Of a stretch of 64,000 nucleotides of DNA, positions 52,868 to 61,958 are shown piece by piece. The notes below the pieces were generated by a model. The model made no database searches. It was not told the origin of the DNA and saw nothing but the letters and a program-made list of their open reading frames with translations. The number at the start of each line of letters is the position of its first letter. The first letter of the stretch is position 1. The position numbers and the translations under genes are program-made. The DNA comes from an uncultured Candidatus Peribacteria bacterium (GTDB lineage: Bacteria > Patescibacteriota > Gracilibacteria > UBA1369 > UBA12463): the NCBI GenBank assembly GCA_964356305.1, contig CAYHGS010000002.1, forward strand, positions 3,060-67,059, given 5' to 3'.

Positions 52868-53392
52868 ATGGCTGCATCGAAAGCAAAAAAGCAGGAAATG
52901 CTCACTGAGGTTCAAGAGTTGTTCGCGAATGGAAAATCATTCTTCTTCGCAGACTTCCGAGGACTCCCAGTAGCTGCTGTTTCCGCCATTCGAAAAGAGC
53001 TTCGGGCCAACAATGTCGGGTATAAGGTTGCCAAGAAAACACTCATCCGCAAAGCTGCTGGCGAGCATGGTTATAAAGAGATTCCCCGTGAGGTCATGGA
53101 GGGCTCTGTAGCTATGACGGTTTCTTATGGTGATCCTATTGCTCCGGCACGACTTCTCAAAAAGTTAAAAAAGACTTATGAGAAACTCGAGTTGCTCGGT
53201 GGACTTTTTGAAGGTCAGATTTTGTCGAGTAGCGAGGCTGCGCAGTATGCTGCACTTCCATCAAAGGAGGAGCTCATCGCAAAGTTGGTCTACATGATGA
53301 AGTCCCCAATTCAGGGTTTCCATGGTTCACTTCATGGTCTCCTTGCCAAGTTTGTTCGTACGGTTGATGCCGTCGCGAAACAAAAAGCTTAA
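52868..53392 (+). CDS. rplJ: 50S ribosomal protein L10
   Basis: Family-typical sequence and position directly upstream of rplL. Confidence 0.95.
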   Translation: MAASKAKKQEMLTEVQELFANGKSFFFADFRGLPVAAVSAIRKELRANNVGYKVAKKTLIRKAAGEHGYKEIPREVMEGSVAMTVSYGDPIAPARLLKKLKKTYEKLELLGGLFEGQILSSSEAAQYAALPSKEELIAKLVYMMKSPIQGFHGSLHGLLAKFVRTVDAVAKQKA

Positions 53393-53424
53393 TATATTAT
53401 TTATTTCTCTCTAATTTAATTTTT

Positions 53425-53802
53425 ATGGAACTCAGTTCAAACGCAAAAAAAGTTCTCGACGCAGTCAAAGAGCTCTCAGTCCTCGACCTCGCAGCCCTCG
53501 TTAAGGCTATGGAAGAAGAGTTCGGAGTTACTGCTGCCGCTCCTATGATGATGGCTGCTGCCGGTGGTGCCGCTGCTGCTGAAGAAGTTTCTTCAACGGT
53601 AACTGTTACGCTTCTCGATGGTGGTGCAAGCAAGATCAACGTTATCAAGGCCGTTCGTGAGCTTACAGGCCTCGGACTTAAGGAAGCTAAGGACCTCGTA
53701 GATGGTGCTCCAAAGCCAGTTAAAGAAGGAATCGACCGTGCAGAAGGCGAGAAGGTCAAGAAGACTCTCGAAGATGCAGGTGCTAAGGTTGAAATGAAGT
53801 AA
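53425..53802 (+). CDS. rplL: 50S ribosomal protein L7/L12
   Basis: Ala-rich hinge and the C-terminal domain [29 protein letters not shown]. Confidence 0.95.
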   Translation: MELSSNAKKVLDAVKELSVLDLAALVKAMEEEFGVTAAAPMMMAAAGGAAAAEEVSSTVTVTLLDGGASKINVIKAVRELTGLGLKEAKDLVDGAPKPVKEGIDRAEGEKVKKTLEDAGAKVEMK

Positions 53803-53831
53803 ATCTTCGTTTCGTTATCTTGAAACTACTC

Positions 53832-53861
53832 AAAGACCCCGGATAATTCTGGGGTCTTTTT
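53832..53861 (+). terminator. rho-independent terminator after rplL
   Basis: The agacccc...ggggtct hairpin plus T-run. Confidence 0.75.
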
Positions 53862-53918
53862 ATTTACATAATTCATTAATTATGATATAATGTTCTTGTA
53901 TTTTATAAATCCCTATTT

Positions 53919-54326
53919 ATGAATAGTCCAGGCAGCAACCCAGCTGAAAATCGGAATGAAGTAATTGCTAAAACTTTGGCAATCTTGTCGCCTGAAATAG
54001 CAAAAATAGATCCTGCGGTAAAAAAAAATTTAGCTCCCTTCTTTAGAGACCTTGAAGTCCGAGTGTTAGCCTTGCTGGACGGCACGAACGATGATATGAG
54101 GATACCTTTCGCTGCGCAAATACAGGAATTCAGTGGACATATGTTTTCACCTCATTTTCTGTTACGCGTAAAAATAAATCCACAAACCCATGAAAAGCAA
54201 TTAGTCATTACGCGCGAAGATAAATCATATGACGAACAAAGAAGGGAAGGGCTCCGTGACTATGCAATGGGGGGAGGCGGAAGTATGATAGGTTCCACTG
54301 AATTAGCTATTCTAGACTTAGAGTAG
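53919..54326 (+). CDS. hypothetical protein (135 aa)
   Basis: ORF bracketed by two similar terminators. No motif recognised. Confidence 0.45.
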   Translation: MNSPGSNPAENRNEVIAKTLAILSPEIAKIDPAVKKNLAPFFRDLEVRVLALLDGTNDDMRIPFAAQIQEFSGHMFSPHFLLRVKINPQTHEKQLVITREDKSYDEQRREGLRDYAMGGGGSMIGSTELAILDLE

Positions 54327-54343
54327 CTTTATCTTCAAAACAT

Positions 54344-54372
54344 AAAGACCCTGGAAAGCTGGGGTCTTTTTT
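54344..54372 (+). terminator. rho-independent terminator
   Basis: The agaccct...ggggtct hairpin plus T6. The sequence is similar to the terminator at 53832. Confidence 0.7.
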
Positions 54373-54409
54373 ATTTTACTCATCATGAAAAGGCCTGTAG
54401 TATGCGCCT

Positions 54410-54802
54410 ATGGAATACATAGCTACTAAAAAAGTTACCGGAGGAAAACTGCTTCGCGTGAAGTGCGATGTAGAGGGAGGGGTTTTGAGTAATGTATCCC
54501 TGACGGGAGATTTTTTCATGCATCCGGAGGAGGGTGTAAGTGAACTTGAAAATGCATTAAATGGCATGTCGAATGAGACACCAGTGAGAGATTTTGTGTC
54601 GAAATTAAATGATTTGATTCATGAGCGTGGTTTTGAGCTTGTAGGGTTTAGCGCGAGTAATATCGCAGATACGCTTGTGGAAGCGATTCGCGGAGGGAAA
54701 GATAGCTGGGGAAGTGGAGGTGTTGCGAGCGGTGAGGCTGGAGGTGGAGATACGTCTAGTGGCTTGGATGAGTTGGTTAGGTCGGCTATTTCCGGTAAAT
54801 AA
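54410..54802 (+). CDS. lipoate-protein ligase C-terminal-domain protein (LplB-like accessory subunit)
   Basis: KVTGGKLLRVKCDVEGGVLSNVSLTGDFFMHPEEGVSELENAL matches the Lip_prot_lig_C pattern. Encoded separately, 7 nt upstream of the catalytic subunit. Confidence 0.6.
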   Translation: MEYIATKKVTGGKLLRVKCDVEGGVLSNVSLTGDFFMHPEEGVSELENALNGMSNETPVRDFVSKLNDLIHERGFELVGFSASNIADTLVEAIRGGKDSWGSGGVASGEAGGGDTSSGLDELVRSAISGK

Positions 54803-54809
54803 CTTTCTT

Positions 54810-55628
54810 ATGGCACTTTCTGATATTTCTTGGCGCGTAATTGAGTTGGAGACGCATGATGCTTTTATGAATATGGCATTGGATGAGGCGTGCTGCGAGG
54901 CAGTGGCGAATGGCTTGGTTCGGCCAACGGTGCGGTTCTATCGATGGAACCCAAGCGCGGTTTCTATTGGATATTTCCAGAGCTTGGAGGATGAAATAAA
55001 TAGAGAGGCGTGTACAAAAACGGGGGCGGGAACAGCTCCATCTGGTGATGGAGTGGTGGATGTGATACGTCGACGTACGGGTGGCGGTGCGGTGTATCAT
55101 GATTTCGATGGAGAGATTACCTATTCCGTGATGGTTCCGGAGAAAGATTTTTGTGATGCAAATGGTGTGAGATTGGGCATCACTGAATCATATCATGAGA
55201 TATGTGGATGGATCATTAACGGATTGAAATTAGTTGGAATTGAAGCCGAGTTTAAGCCGATAAATGATATTATTGTTTCGAGTTCGTCGAAAAAGATTTC
55301 TGGTAATGCGCAGACGCGTAGGGGCGGAGTTATTTTACAGCATGGGACGATTTTGTTTACGGTTGATGTGAAGAAGATGTTTTCTTTATTGAAAGTTGGA
55401 AAAGAAAAAATTGCAGACAAGATGATTGCCGCTGTCGAGGAGAGAGTGACATCAGTGGCTCAGGTGCGGCCGGAAGTGACTCGTGAGGAGCTCTATAACG
55501 CCTTGATGAGCGGATTTACGAGTGAAAAGCAGTTTGAGATTGGAACGTGGAGCAAAGAAGAACTTGCGCGCGCGGAAGAGCTCGTACGAGAGAGATATAA
55601 GACAAAAGAGTGGAATGAGATGAGGTAA
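54810..55628 (+). CDS. lplA: lipoate--protein ligase catalytic subunit
   Basis: RRTGGGAVYHD and KISGNAQ (catalytic Lys). The start at 54810 gives MALSDISWRVIELE. Confidence 0.85.
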   Translation: MALSDISWRVIELETHDAFMNMALDEACCEAVANGLVRPTVRFYRWNPSAVSIGYFQSLEDEINREACTKTGAGTAPSGDGVVDVIRRRTGGGAVYHDFDGEITYSVMVPEKDFCDANGVRLGITESYHEICGWIINGLKLVGIEAEFKPINDIIVSSSSKKISGNAQTRRGGVILQHGTILFTVDVKKMFSLLKVGKEKIADKMIAAVEERVTSVAQVRPEVTREELYNALMSGFTSEKQFEIGTWSKEELARAEELVRERYKTKEWNEMR

Positions 55629-55640
55629 CTAATACCATGT

Positions 55641-56123
55641 ATGCACTTACGCGAAGCTCCATCGCATGAAACTCCCCTGAATTTTTTGCCTCCTGATACA
55701 ATTAATAAGGAGCTATTCGATCAGTTACTTCAAATAAGGAAAGTTTTAGAAATGGCACTTCCCGGATTTCCAATACTTTGGTGCGCTGAAGCGGCAGGCT
55801 ATGTTCAATCTAAAACAGGTTTATTAATGCTGGGAGGATATGTATATACTCCAAATGGGCTTTGCTATAAACACTTTTGGAATGCGATACCCTTTAGCCG
55901 TCGTCCACACTCCGATCAGCGACTTTATGTGGATCTAACTTATAATCAGTTCGATGCGTCTCTTCCGCCTGTTGCGATTATTGATTCAGATAGTACCTCT
56001 AAATATATCAGCACCTGGACTTCGGCTGAATTATTATCCTACACGCTCAAGCCCGAAATTCTCGCACTGATTACTGAGTGCGAAAGAAAGCTTGGCGCAC
56101 AACAAATGCCTACTTCTTCCTAA
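55641..56123 (+). CDS. hypothetical protein (160 aa)
   Basis: ORF only. Its 3' end overlaps the convergent aquaporin gene by 14 nt. Confidence 0.4.
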   Translation: MHLREAPSHETPLNFLPPDTINKELFDQLLQIRKVLEMALPGFPILWCAEAAGYVQSKTGLLMLGGYVYTPNGLCYKHFWNAIPFSRRPHSDQRLYVDLTYNQFDASLPPVAIIDSDSTSKYISTWTSAELLSYTLKPEILALITECERKLGAQQMPTSS

Positions 56124-56784
56124 GGTAGACGAGTTGGTAGAGGGCGGCTGCGAGAAGGGCACCGAGAATAGGGCCGGCGAGGTAGACGTACCAGTTCGTC
56201 CACATGTTTGAGATGAGGGCTGGACCGAACCACCTAGCTGGGTTCATAGCGCCACCCGTAAGCATTCCCCCCACGAGGATATCCATGGTAATTACTGAGC
56301 CGATTATGACTCCTGCGGTGTTGCTTCGAGTTTCTTTCTGATCAACAGCGACGGAGAAGATGACAAGTACGAGTACAAAGGTAAGAATGGCCTCAACGAT
56401 GATTCCTGAGACTGGAGAGAGTCCACCGATGAGCGATGGGACGCCGAATTCCGTTACGAGGAGGTCGATGAAGATGAGCTTGAGCGCGAGCGTAGCGAGC
56501 GCGGCTCCAAGAAGTTGAGAAATAATATACGACACACCCTCCATGACGCGCATTTTTTTCGTGGCCATCATAGCGATCGAAACAGCTGGATTGAAGTGTG
56601 CTCCCGAGATATGTGCAAATGCATAAATACCGACCATAATAGCCAGTCCATGCGCTACCGCGACGCCCAAAAGATCAAATGTTCCGAATGTCTGACCAAC
56701 GATAACCGATCCAGCCCCCATGAATATAAGGAAAAACGTACCAAGAAGTTCGGCGAGATATTTTCTCCAATCTTGAGAGTGCAT
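56110..56784 (-). CDS. aqpZ: aquaporin / MIP family channel
   Basis: Two NPA boxes (HFNPAVSIAM, MNPARWFGP) and six hydrophobic helices. Confidence 0.9.
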   Translation of the reverse strand: MHSQDWRKYLAELLGTFFLIFMGAGSVIVGQTFGTFDLLGVAVAHGLAIMVGIYAFAHISGAHFNPAVSIAMMATKKMRVMEGVSYIISQLLGAALATLALKLIFIDLLVTEFGVPSLIGGLSPVSGIIVEAILTFVLVLVIFSVAVDQKETRSNTAGVIIGSVITMDILVGGMLTGGAMNPARWFGPALISNMWTNWYVYLAGPILGALLAAALYQLVYLRKK

Positions 56785-56914
56785 AGTGAGGTGGGTTAGG
56801 TTGTGAAGTTGTTGTTTATATTATAGCCCTTTAGCCAGCACGTTCAAGTAATGTTCGTATACCTGCCTGAATTGTTTCGCAATGAACCGCTACTAGATCG
56901 TCCGGTATTGAATC

Positions 56915-57106
56915 TTAGTCAACAGCCAGAGAATACATATCGACATAAAGACGCTGTGCTAATGTAGCGTCTACACTATTTGCTATCCTGAGAAATCTAC
57001 CCGCAAGGTTGGCTTGCGCGACACGATTGATGCTTCTTACTTTTTCAGCCGTAAATGCATCGGCAACGGCGTGAATAGTTTCAATTTCTTCAGGCTTGAG
57101 CGGCAT
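56915..57106 (-). CDS. small hypothetical protein (63 aa)
   Basis: ORF 5 nt downstream of the E2 gene. Confidence 0.35.
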   Translation of the reverse strand: MPLKPEEIETIHAVADAFTAEKVRSINRVAQANLAGRFLRIANSVDATLAQRLYVDMYSLAVD

Positions 57107-57111
57107 ATTTA

Positions 57112-58431
57112 TTATTGTAATTTAAGTGCTAGTGCATTCACGAATCGTGCGGCAACGGCACCATCGATGAGACGGTGGTCGAAGGTGAGGGAGAGGCCCA
57201 TGGTTTTAATGAGATGAGGGGCGGCTGTTGGATTTGCGGGGTCGAGCGCGAGCGTGTCGCGGATTTTGCCAAGGCCGAGAATGGCAGACTGAGGATAATT
57301 AATAACTGGAGTGGCAAAATCGCCTCCTATAGAGCCATAATTCGTGATAGTGAAACTTCCGCCTGACATTTCTTCGAGCGTGAGTTTCTTCGCCTTCGCT
57401 TTTTCGGCGAGGGCTACAATTTCTTGAGCAATTGTATAGAGATCTTTCCTGTCAGCATCTTTGATAACCGGGACGAGGAGACCCTCTTCTGTATCTACGG
57501 CAATACCAATGTGATAATAATTTTTGGTCACAATTTCTTCCGTGGATTCATTGAGCTCGCTATTGATTATTGGAAAATCCTTGAGCGTCTGCGTTACGGC
57601 CTGAACGATATAGGCGAGAAAGGTAAGTTTGATATTTTGAGCCTGTGCTGCGGCTTTTTCCGCCTCACGTTTATTGAAAAGTTTCGTAATATCAAGCGTA
57701 TCAAAGTGCGTAACGGGAACGGTATGCATGTGCGATTCGTGAACGTGATCGCCGATGACCTTTCGAATTCCTTTGTATTCCGTAATCGTGACGGGGCCGG
57801 GGAAAGTTTTTGGATGGGATGGAGATGGGACGGGGACGGAAATAACTCCTGCGCTTCGCTGCGGAGTGGCAGAGAGAATATCAGCATCGATGATCATTCC
57901 GTTTGCGCCGGAGCCTTTTATCGTTGAAAGATCTACGCCAAGTTTGAGGGCGAGATTGCGGGTACCTGGGAGGATTTTTATTGAAGAAGTTACAGATTGT
58001 GTTGTGAGTTGTCCCCATGGGAGGCTCTTACTAGAGTCTGCCCGGGCAGAAGGCGTGGCCGCCGGAATCTCTCTATTTGATGCGTCAATTGAGCCAACTA
58101 CTCCAGGTCCTTTGTCCGGAGGAGGAACTGAGACTGTTGCCGTTGCGGGCGCCGATGAAGTAGCTGCGGATGTTGTGGCGGGATTATATACTTCATCCTT
58201 ATCAGTAATCACTACGAGAGTGTCTCCGACTTTGATGGTTTCTTTTTCCTGATGAAATGTTTTGGCGATAATACCTGCTCTCGGTGATGGAATTTCTACC
58301 ACGGCTTTGTCTGTTTCGATTTCGACGAGCACTTGATCGGACTTCACCTCATCACCTTCCTTCACGCGCCATTTGACGATCGTTCCTTCGTGAATTCCTT
58401 CGCCGACGTCTGGAAATTTGAATTCGAGCAT
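57112..58431 (-). CDS. 2-oxoacid dehydrogenase E2 (dihydrolipoamide acyltransferase)
   Basis: Lipoyl domain with VEIETDKAVVEIPSP, an E3/E1-binding domain (RNLALKLGVDLSTIKGSGANGMI) and catalytic DHRLIDG. Confidence 0.9.
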   Translation of the reverse strand: MLEFKFPDVGEGIHEGTIVKWRVKEGDEVKSDQVLVEIETDKAVVEIPSPRAGIIAKTFHQEKETIKVGDTLVVITDKDEVYNPATTSAATSSAPATATVSVPPPDKGPGVVGSIDASNREIPAATPSARADSSKSLPWGQLTTQSVTSSIKILPGTRNLALKLGVDLSTIKGSGANGMIIDADILSATPQRSAGVISVPVPSPSHPKTFPGPVTITEYKGIRKVIGDHVHESHMHTVPVTHFDTLDITKLFNKREAEKAAAQAQNIKLTFLAYIVQAVTQTLKDFPIINSELNESTEEIVTKNYYHIGIAVDTEEGLLVPVIKDADRKDLYTIAQEIVALAEKAKAKKLTLEEMSGGSFTITNYGSIGGDFATPVINYPQSAILGLGKIRDTLALDPANPTAAPHLIKTMGLSLTFDHRLIDGAVAARFVNALALKLQ

Positions 58432-58441
58432 ATTAGTTACA

Positions 58442-59437
58442 TTAAGAGGTCATTACGGTCGTAATTGCACTTTGAATTTGCTGAGCGTTAGGAAGATACC
58501 AGTGCTCCGCCTGTAAGTATGGCACCGTTATATCCGGTGCTGCAACGCGGTGGATGGGGGCTTTGAGAGAGTAGAGGAGTTTTTCCGCTACCAGAGCGGC
58601 GATTTCGGCTCCCGGCCCGAAGGACTTCACTGCCTCCTGAACGATTACGAGGCGGCCGGTTTTTTCGACGGAGGCGAAAATAGTTGCCTGATCGAGGGGT
58701 GAGATTGTGCGTAGATCAATTAGTTCGATAGAATAATGTGCTGTAGTAGGATTTGTCTTGAGTGCTTCGATTGCGACTTGTGCTTCGCGGACCATTGCTC
58801 CCCATGCAATAACCGTGATATCCGTTCCTTGCTGGAGCATATTTGCGACACCAATCGGTACTATATAATCTTCGAGGGGAACTTCCTGTTTAATGGCTCT
58901 ATACAGTCTTTTTGGCTCCATGAAGATTACCGGATCCGGATCGCGAATTGCTGCGAGAAGAAGACCCTTCGCATCGTATGGCGTAGAAGGATATACCACT
59001 TTTAGACCTGGGGTATGGGCAACAAATGTCTCGATAGATTCGGAGTGATGCTCGAGTGCCTTGATTCCGCCTCCACTTGGAACGCGCACTACCATCGGAA
59101 CCGTATAGCGACCCCGTGAACGATTGCGCATGCGCGCAGCGTGCTGCAACATTTGATCAAGCATCTGATGATAAAATCCATCGAACTGAACCTCAACTAC
59201 CGGTTTGAATCCGTACATCGCGAGTCCAATGGCCATGCCGGCGATTCCTGATTCTCCTAGCGGTGAATCGAAGACTCTATCTTCCGTAAATTGCGCCTGT
59301 AATTTATCTGTAACGCGAAATACTCCACCATCTTTTCCTACATCTTCACCGAAAATCAGTACTGATGGATCGCGCTCCATTTCCTGCTTGAGAGCAAGAT
59401 TAATTGCCTCTACGATATTTAGTTTTGGATTTTCCAT
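58442..59437 (-). CDS. 2-oxoacid dehydrogenase E1 beta subunit
   Basis: Transketolase-like pyrimidine-binding and C-terminal domains (FGEDVGKDGGVFRVT, DSPLGESGIAG). Confidence 0.9.
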   Translation of the reverse strand: MENPKLNIVEAINLALKQEMERDPSVLIFGEDVGKDGGVFRVTDKLQAQFTEDRVFDSPLGESGIAGMAIGLAMYGFKPVVEVQFDGFYHQMLDQMLQHAARMRNRSRGRYTVPMVVRVPSGGGIKALEHHSESIETFVAHTPGLKVVYPSTPYDAKGLLLAAIRDPDPVIFMEPKRLYRAIKQEVPLEDYIVPIGVANMLQQGTDITVIAWGAMVREAQVAIEALKTNPTTAHYSIELIDLRTISPLDQATIFASVEKTGRLVIVQEAVKSFGPGAEIAALVAEKLLYSLKAPIHRVAAPDITVPYLQAEHWYLPNAQQIQSAITTVMTS

Positions 59438-59442
59438 GAATG

Positions 59443-60540
59443 TTATGCTTGTGGCAAATTACGAAGGAATTCTTCTTTCTGCGCCTGTAGCTGCGGCGTA
59501 AGTGTAGCGTAGGTGTAATCAAAAATGTCTGATGGATTGTATGGTATCGCCTGAGCTTTTTCTACAATTGTCTCAATTTCTTTTTCATATTTTGCCGTAA
59601 GTTCGTCCTCGTAACCTTGAGTCCATACATTCTTTGCTGCTAAATATTTTTGCAAACGCACCATTGGGTCACGTGGTTTCCATAATTCTACTTCAGCCGG
59701 ATCACGATATTTTTTCGCGTCATCAGAGGTAGTATGGTCACCAAGACGATAGGTGTAGGCCTCAATCAATGTCGCCCCTTCGCCTCGAAGCGCCCTTTCT
59801 CGTGCCGTTTTTACGGCTACATACATTGCTATCAAATCATTTCCATCCACCTGAATTCCAGGTAGCCCATAGGCAATCGCTTTCTGCGCGATTGTTGCCG
59901 ATGCCGTCTGGTGATGACGTGGAACGGAAATAGCCCACTGATTATTCTGACAAATTAATATTGTATTTGGTTTAAAAATTCCCGCGCAGTTCATCGCTTC
60001 ATGGAAGTCCCCTTCGCTCGTCGCGCCATCTCCAAAAAAGGCCACTGCAACTTTTTGCTCTTTTTTCTTTTTCATACCAAGCCCGACTCCAACTGCGTGA
60101 AGCATCTGAGAACCAACAACAATGGATATCGGAACGCAATTTACATTTTCCGGAGGGCGACTACCGATCTCGTTTCCCATCCAGTAGGTGTAGATATTTT
60201 CTATTGGAATGCCGTGGAGCCACATAATTCCGAGCTCACGGAATGCAGGCAAAAGCCAGTCTTCGGGCTTCATCACCAGCCCGGCTCCCATTTGCGTTGC
60301 CTCTTGTCCACGAATGGACGCATATGTTCCCATTCTTCCCGTTCGCTGAAGATTATTCGCCTTCTGATCGGCCATTTTCATAAAAAGCATTTTTTCGTAG
60401 GCTTGTTTGATGAGGTCATCTGTAAGTTCGGACGGTCGGAGTGCGGATATGGCCGGATCAATGGATATAACACCATTCTCATCCATAATCTGGAGGCGCT
60501 TTCCTAGGAGGGGATCAAATTGGGAAAAGATATCGGACAT
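59443..60540 (-). CDS. 2-oxoacid dehydrogenase E1 alpha subunit (TPP-dependent)
   Basis: TPP motif GDGATSEGDFHEAMN...NN and YRLGDHTTSDD. Confidence 0.9.
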   Translation of the reverse strand: MSDIFSQFDPLLGKRLQIMDENGVISIDPAISALRPSELTDDLIKQAYEKMLFMKMADQKANNLQRTGRMGTYASIRGQEATQMGAGLVMKPEDWLLPAFRELGIMWLHGIPIENIYTYWMGNEIGSRPPENVNCVPISIVVGSQMLHAVGVGLGMKKKKEQKVAVAFFGDGATSEGDFHEAMNCAGIFKPNTILICQNNQWAISVPRHHQTASATIAQKAIAYGLPGIQVDGNDLIAMYVAVKTARERALRGEGATLIEAYTYRLGDHTTSDDAKKYRDPAEVELWKPRDPMVRLQKYLAAKNVWTQGYEDELTAKYEKEIETIVEKAQAIPYNPSDIFDYTYATLTPQLQAQKEEFLRNLPQA

Positions 60541-60825
60541 TGGATAGTGTTATCGTACGGCATTACAAGTCATTTGTGAAGAATCACTTACATGGAGTAG
60601 GTCGCTCGCTGGGTGGTGTTCTGCACCCCCTGCGCAAGATCAGGCAATAGCGCTGCCCTCGCCGTGACGGTTTCGATAGTAGCTATTATTACTCGTTCTG
60701 CCGTCTCTTGATTTGCCATATTCGTCTGGGTTATGTTTCCAGGAGGTTACTTTACTGATTTCTTGCTGGCTTTACAAGCGCTCCTCGTGCTACTGCAATT
60801 TGCGAGAGGTTTTGCCCGGGGGTGC

Positions 60826-60871
60826 GTTTTATTCTAGAATTGCCGTGTTTTTAAACGTATTATCTGAAATA
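60826..60871 (+). repeat. 46 nt repeat, copy 2 (45/46 identical to 24331-24376)
   Basis: gttttattctagaattgccgtgtttttaaacgtattatctgaaata, preceded by TTGCCC-17-TAGAAT. Here it points into the 3' end of lipA on the opposite strand, with no ORF behind it. Confidence 0.9.
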
Positions 60872-60897
60872 TAAAACATTGCTGCCAGCATTATTGA

Positions 60898-61791
60898 TTA
60901 TTTTTTAACTATCAAAGGTAAAGTTTTAACGAAAAGTTCTCCAGCTTTGTAGGAGCTTCGCACTAAGGGGCCGGAAGCTACGTAGATGAAGCCGAGGTCG
61001 AGACCGATTTTTTCGAGTTTCTTGAACTGATCAGGGTGAACATATTCCTTCAAGGAAATATGACTCTCTGATGGAGGAAGATACTGGCCGAGGGTGAGCA
61101 TGTCCGTACCGACATTTCGGAGATCTTTCATGGTCTGAATTATTTCTTCTTCTGTCTCGCCAAGTCCGAGCATGATAGAAGATTTTGTGTAGATATTTGG
61201 TGCGATTTTTTTTGAATTTCTTAGCACTTGGAGTGTTTGCTTATATGTAGCGCGTCCATCTCGCACGAATTTCGTGAGCCTGTCGATTGTCTCTATGTTA
61301 TGCGCTAAAACGACGATACCACTTTCTAAAATTATTTTGAGAGCGTCGGTATTTCCACGCAGATCCGAAGTGAGCATCTCGATGAGAATTTTTGGAGTTT
61401 CTTTGTGAATCGCGCGAATACATTGTGCGATATGCGCGGCTCCGCCGTCAGCGAGATCGTCGCGCGCCACCATCGTTAGTACGATATACTCGAGATTCAT
61501 TTTTTTAATCGATTGAGCAATTTTGTATGGTTCGAGAGGGTCAACTTCCTGGTGAGGATTGCCAGTCTTCACGGCACAAAATCGGCAACCGCGTGTGCAG
61601 GTCTCGCCAAGGAGCATGAATGTCGCTGTTCCGCCGCTCCAACACTCAGAGAGGTTCGGACAGTGCGCCTCCTCGCACACCGTCTTTAGGCCGGTCGTTT
61701 GAAGCTGTTTTTTGATCTTCTCGAAGGATTCCGTTGATGGCGGCCTGATCTTGAACCACTCAGGTAAAGCTGGACGTTTTTGGGTCTGCAT
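60898..61791 (-). CDS. lipA: lipoyl synthase
   Basis: Radical SAM CTRGCRFCAV plus the N-terminal cluster CEEAHCPNLSEC. Confidence 0.95.
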   Translation of the reverse strand: MQTQKRPALPEWFKIRPPSTESFEKIKKQLQTTGLKTVCEEAHCPNLSECWSGGTATFMLLGETCTRGCRFCAVKTGNPHQEVDPLEPYKIAQSIKKMNLEYIVLTMVARDDLADGGAAHIAQCIRAIHKETPKILIEMLTSDLRGNTDALKIILESGIVVLAHNIETIDRLTKFVRDGRATYKQTLQVLRNSKKIAPNIYTKSSIMLGLGETEEEIIQTMKDLRNVGTDMLTLGQYLPPSESHISLKEYVHPDQFKKLEKIGLDLGFIYVASGPLVRSSYKAGELFVKTLPLIVKK

Positions 61792-61917
61792 GGCATGAAG
61801 CGTAGCGGATATTGGCGTTGCCGTCTACCAGACATAATTCTTTTCTTGAATATGTCAATAGCTTCAAAGTCTCTCCATGCTACCCACCCTAAAGCTATTT
61901 ACATAATAGCCAAAATT

Positions 61918-61926
61918 TGATATAAT
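61918..61926 (+). promoter_or_regulatory. extended -10 element TGATATAAT
   Basis: Perfect TGnTATAAT 33 nt upstream of the ATG at 61959. Confidence 0.45.
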
Positions 61927-61958
61927 GATGGGAAATAAAAAAAATCACATAAAAACAA

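Noticed and set aside
53397-53759. 120 aa minus-strand ORF rich in Ala/Ser/Thr
   Set aside because: It is the antisense shadow of the Ala-rich rplL coding sequence.
57107-58431. Absence of an E3 (lpd) gene as evidence for a non-functional dehydrogenase complex
   Set aside because: The window covers only 64 kb and lpd is often encoded elsewhere. I report this as an observation, not as a loss.
60591-60719. 43-codon minus-strand ORF in the lipA/E1-alpha spacer
   Set aside because: It has no ribosome-binding site or recognisable family and lies below a reliable size. I mention it only in the spacer finding.
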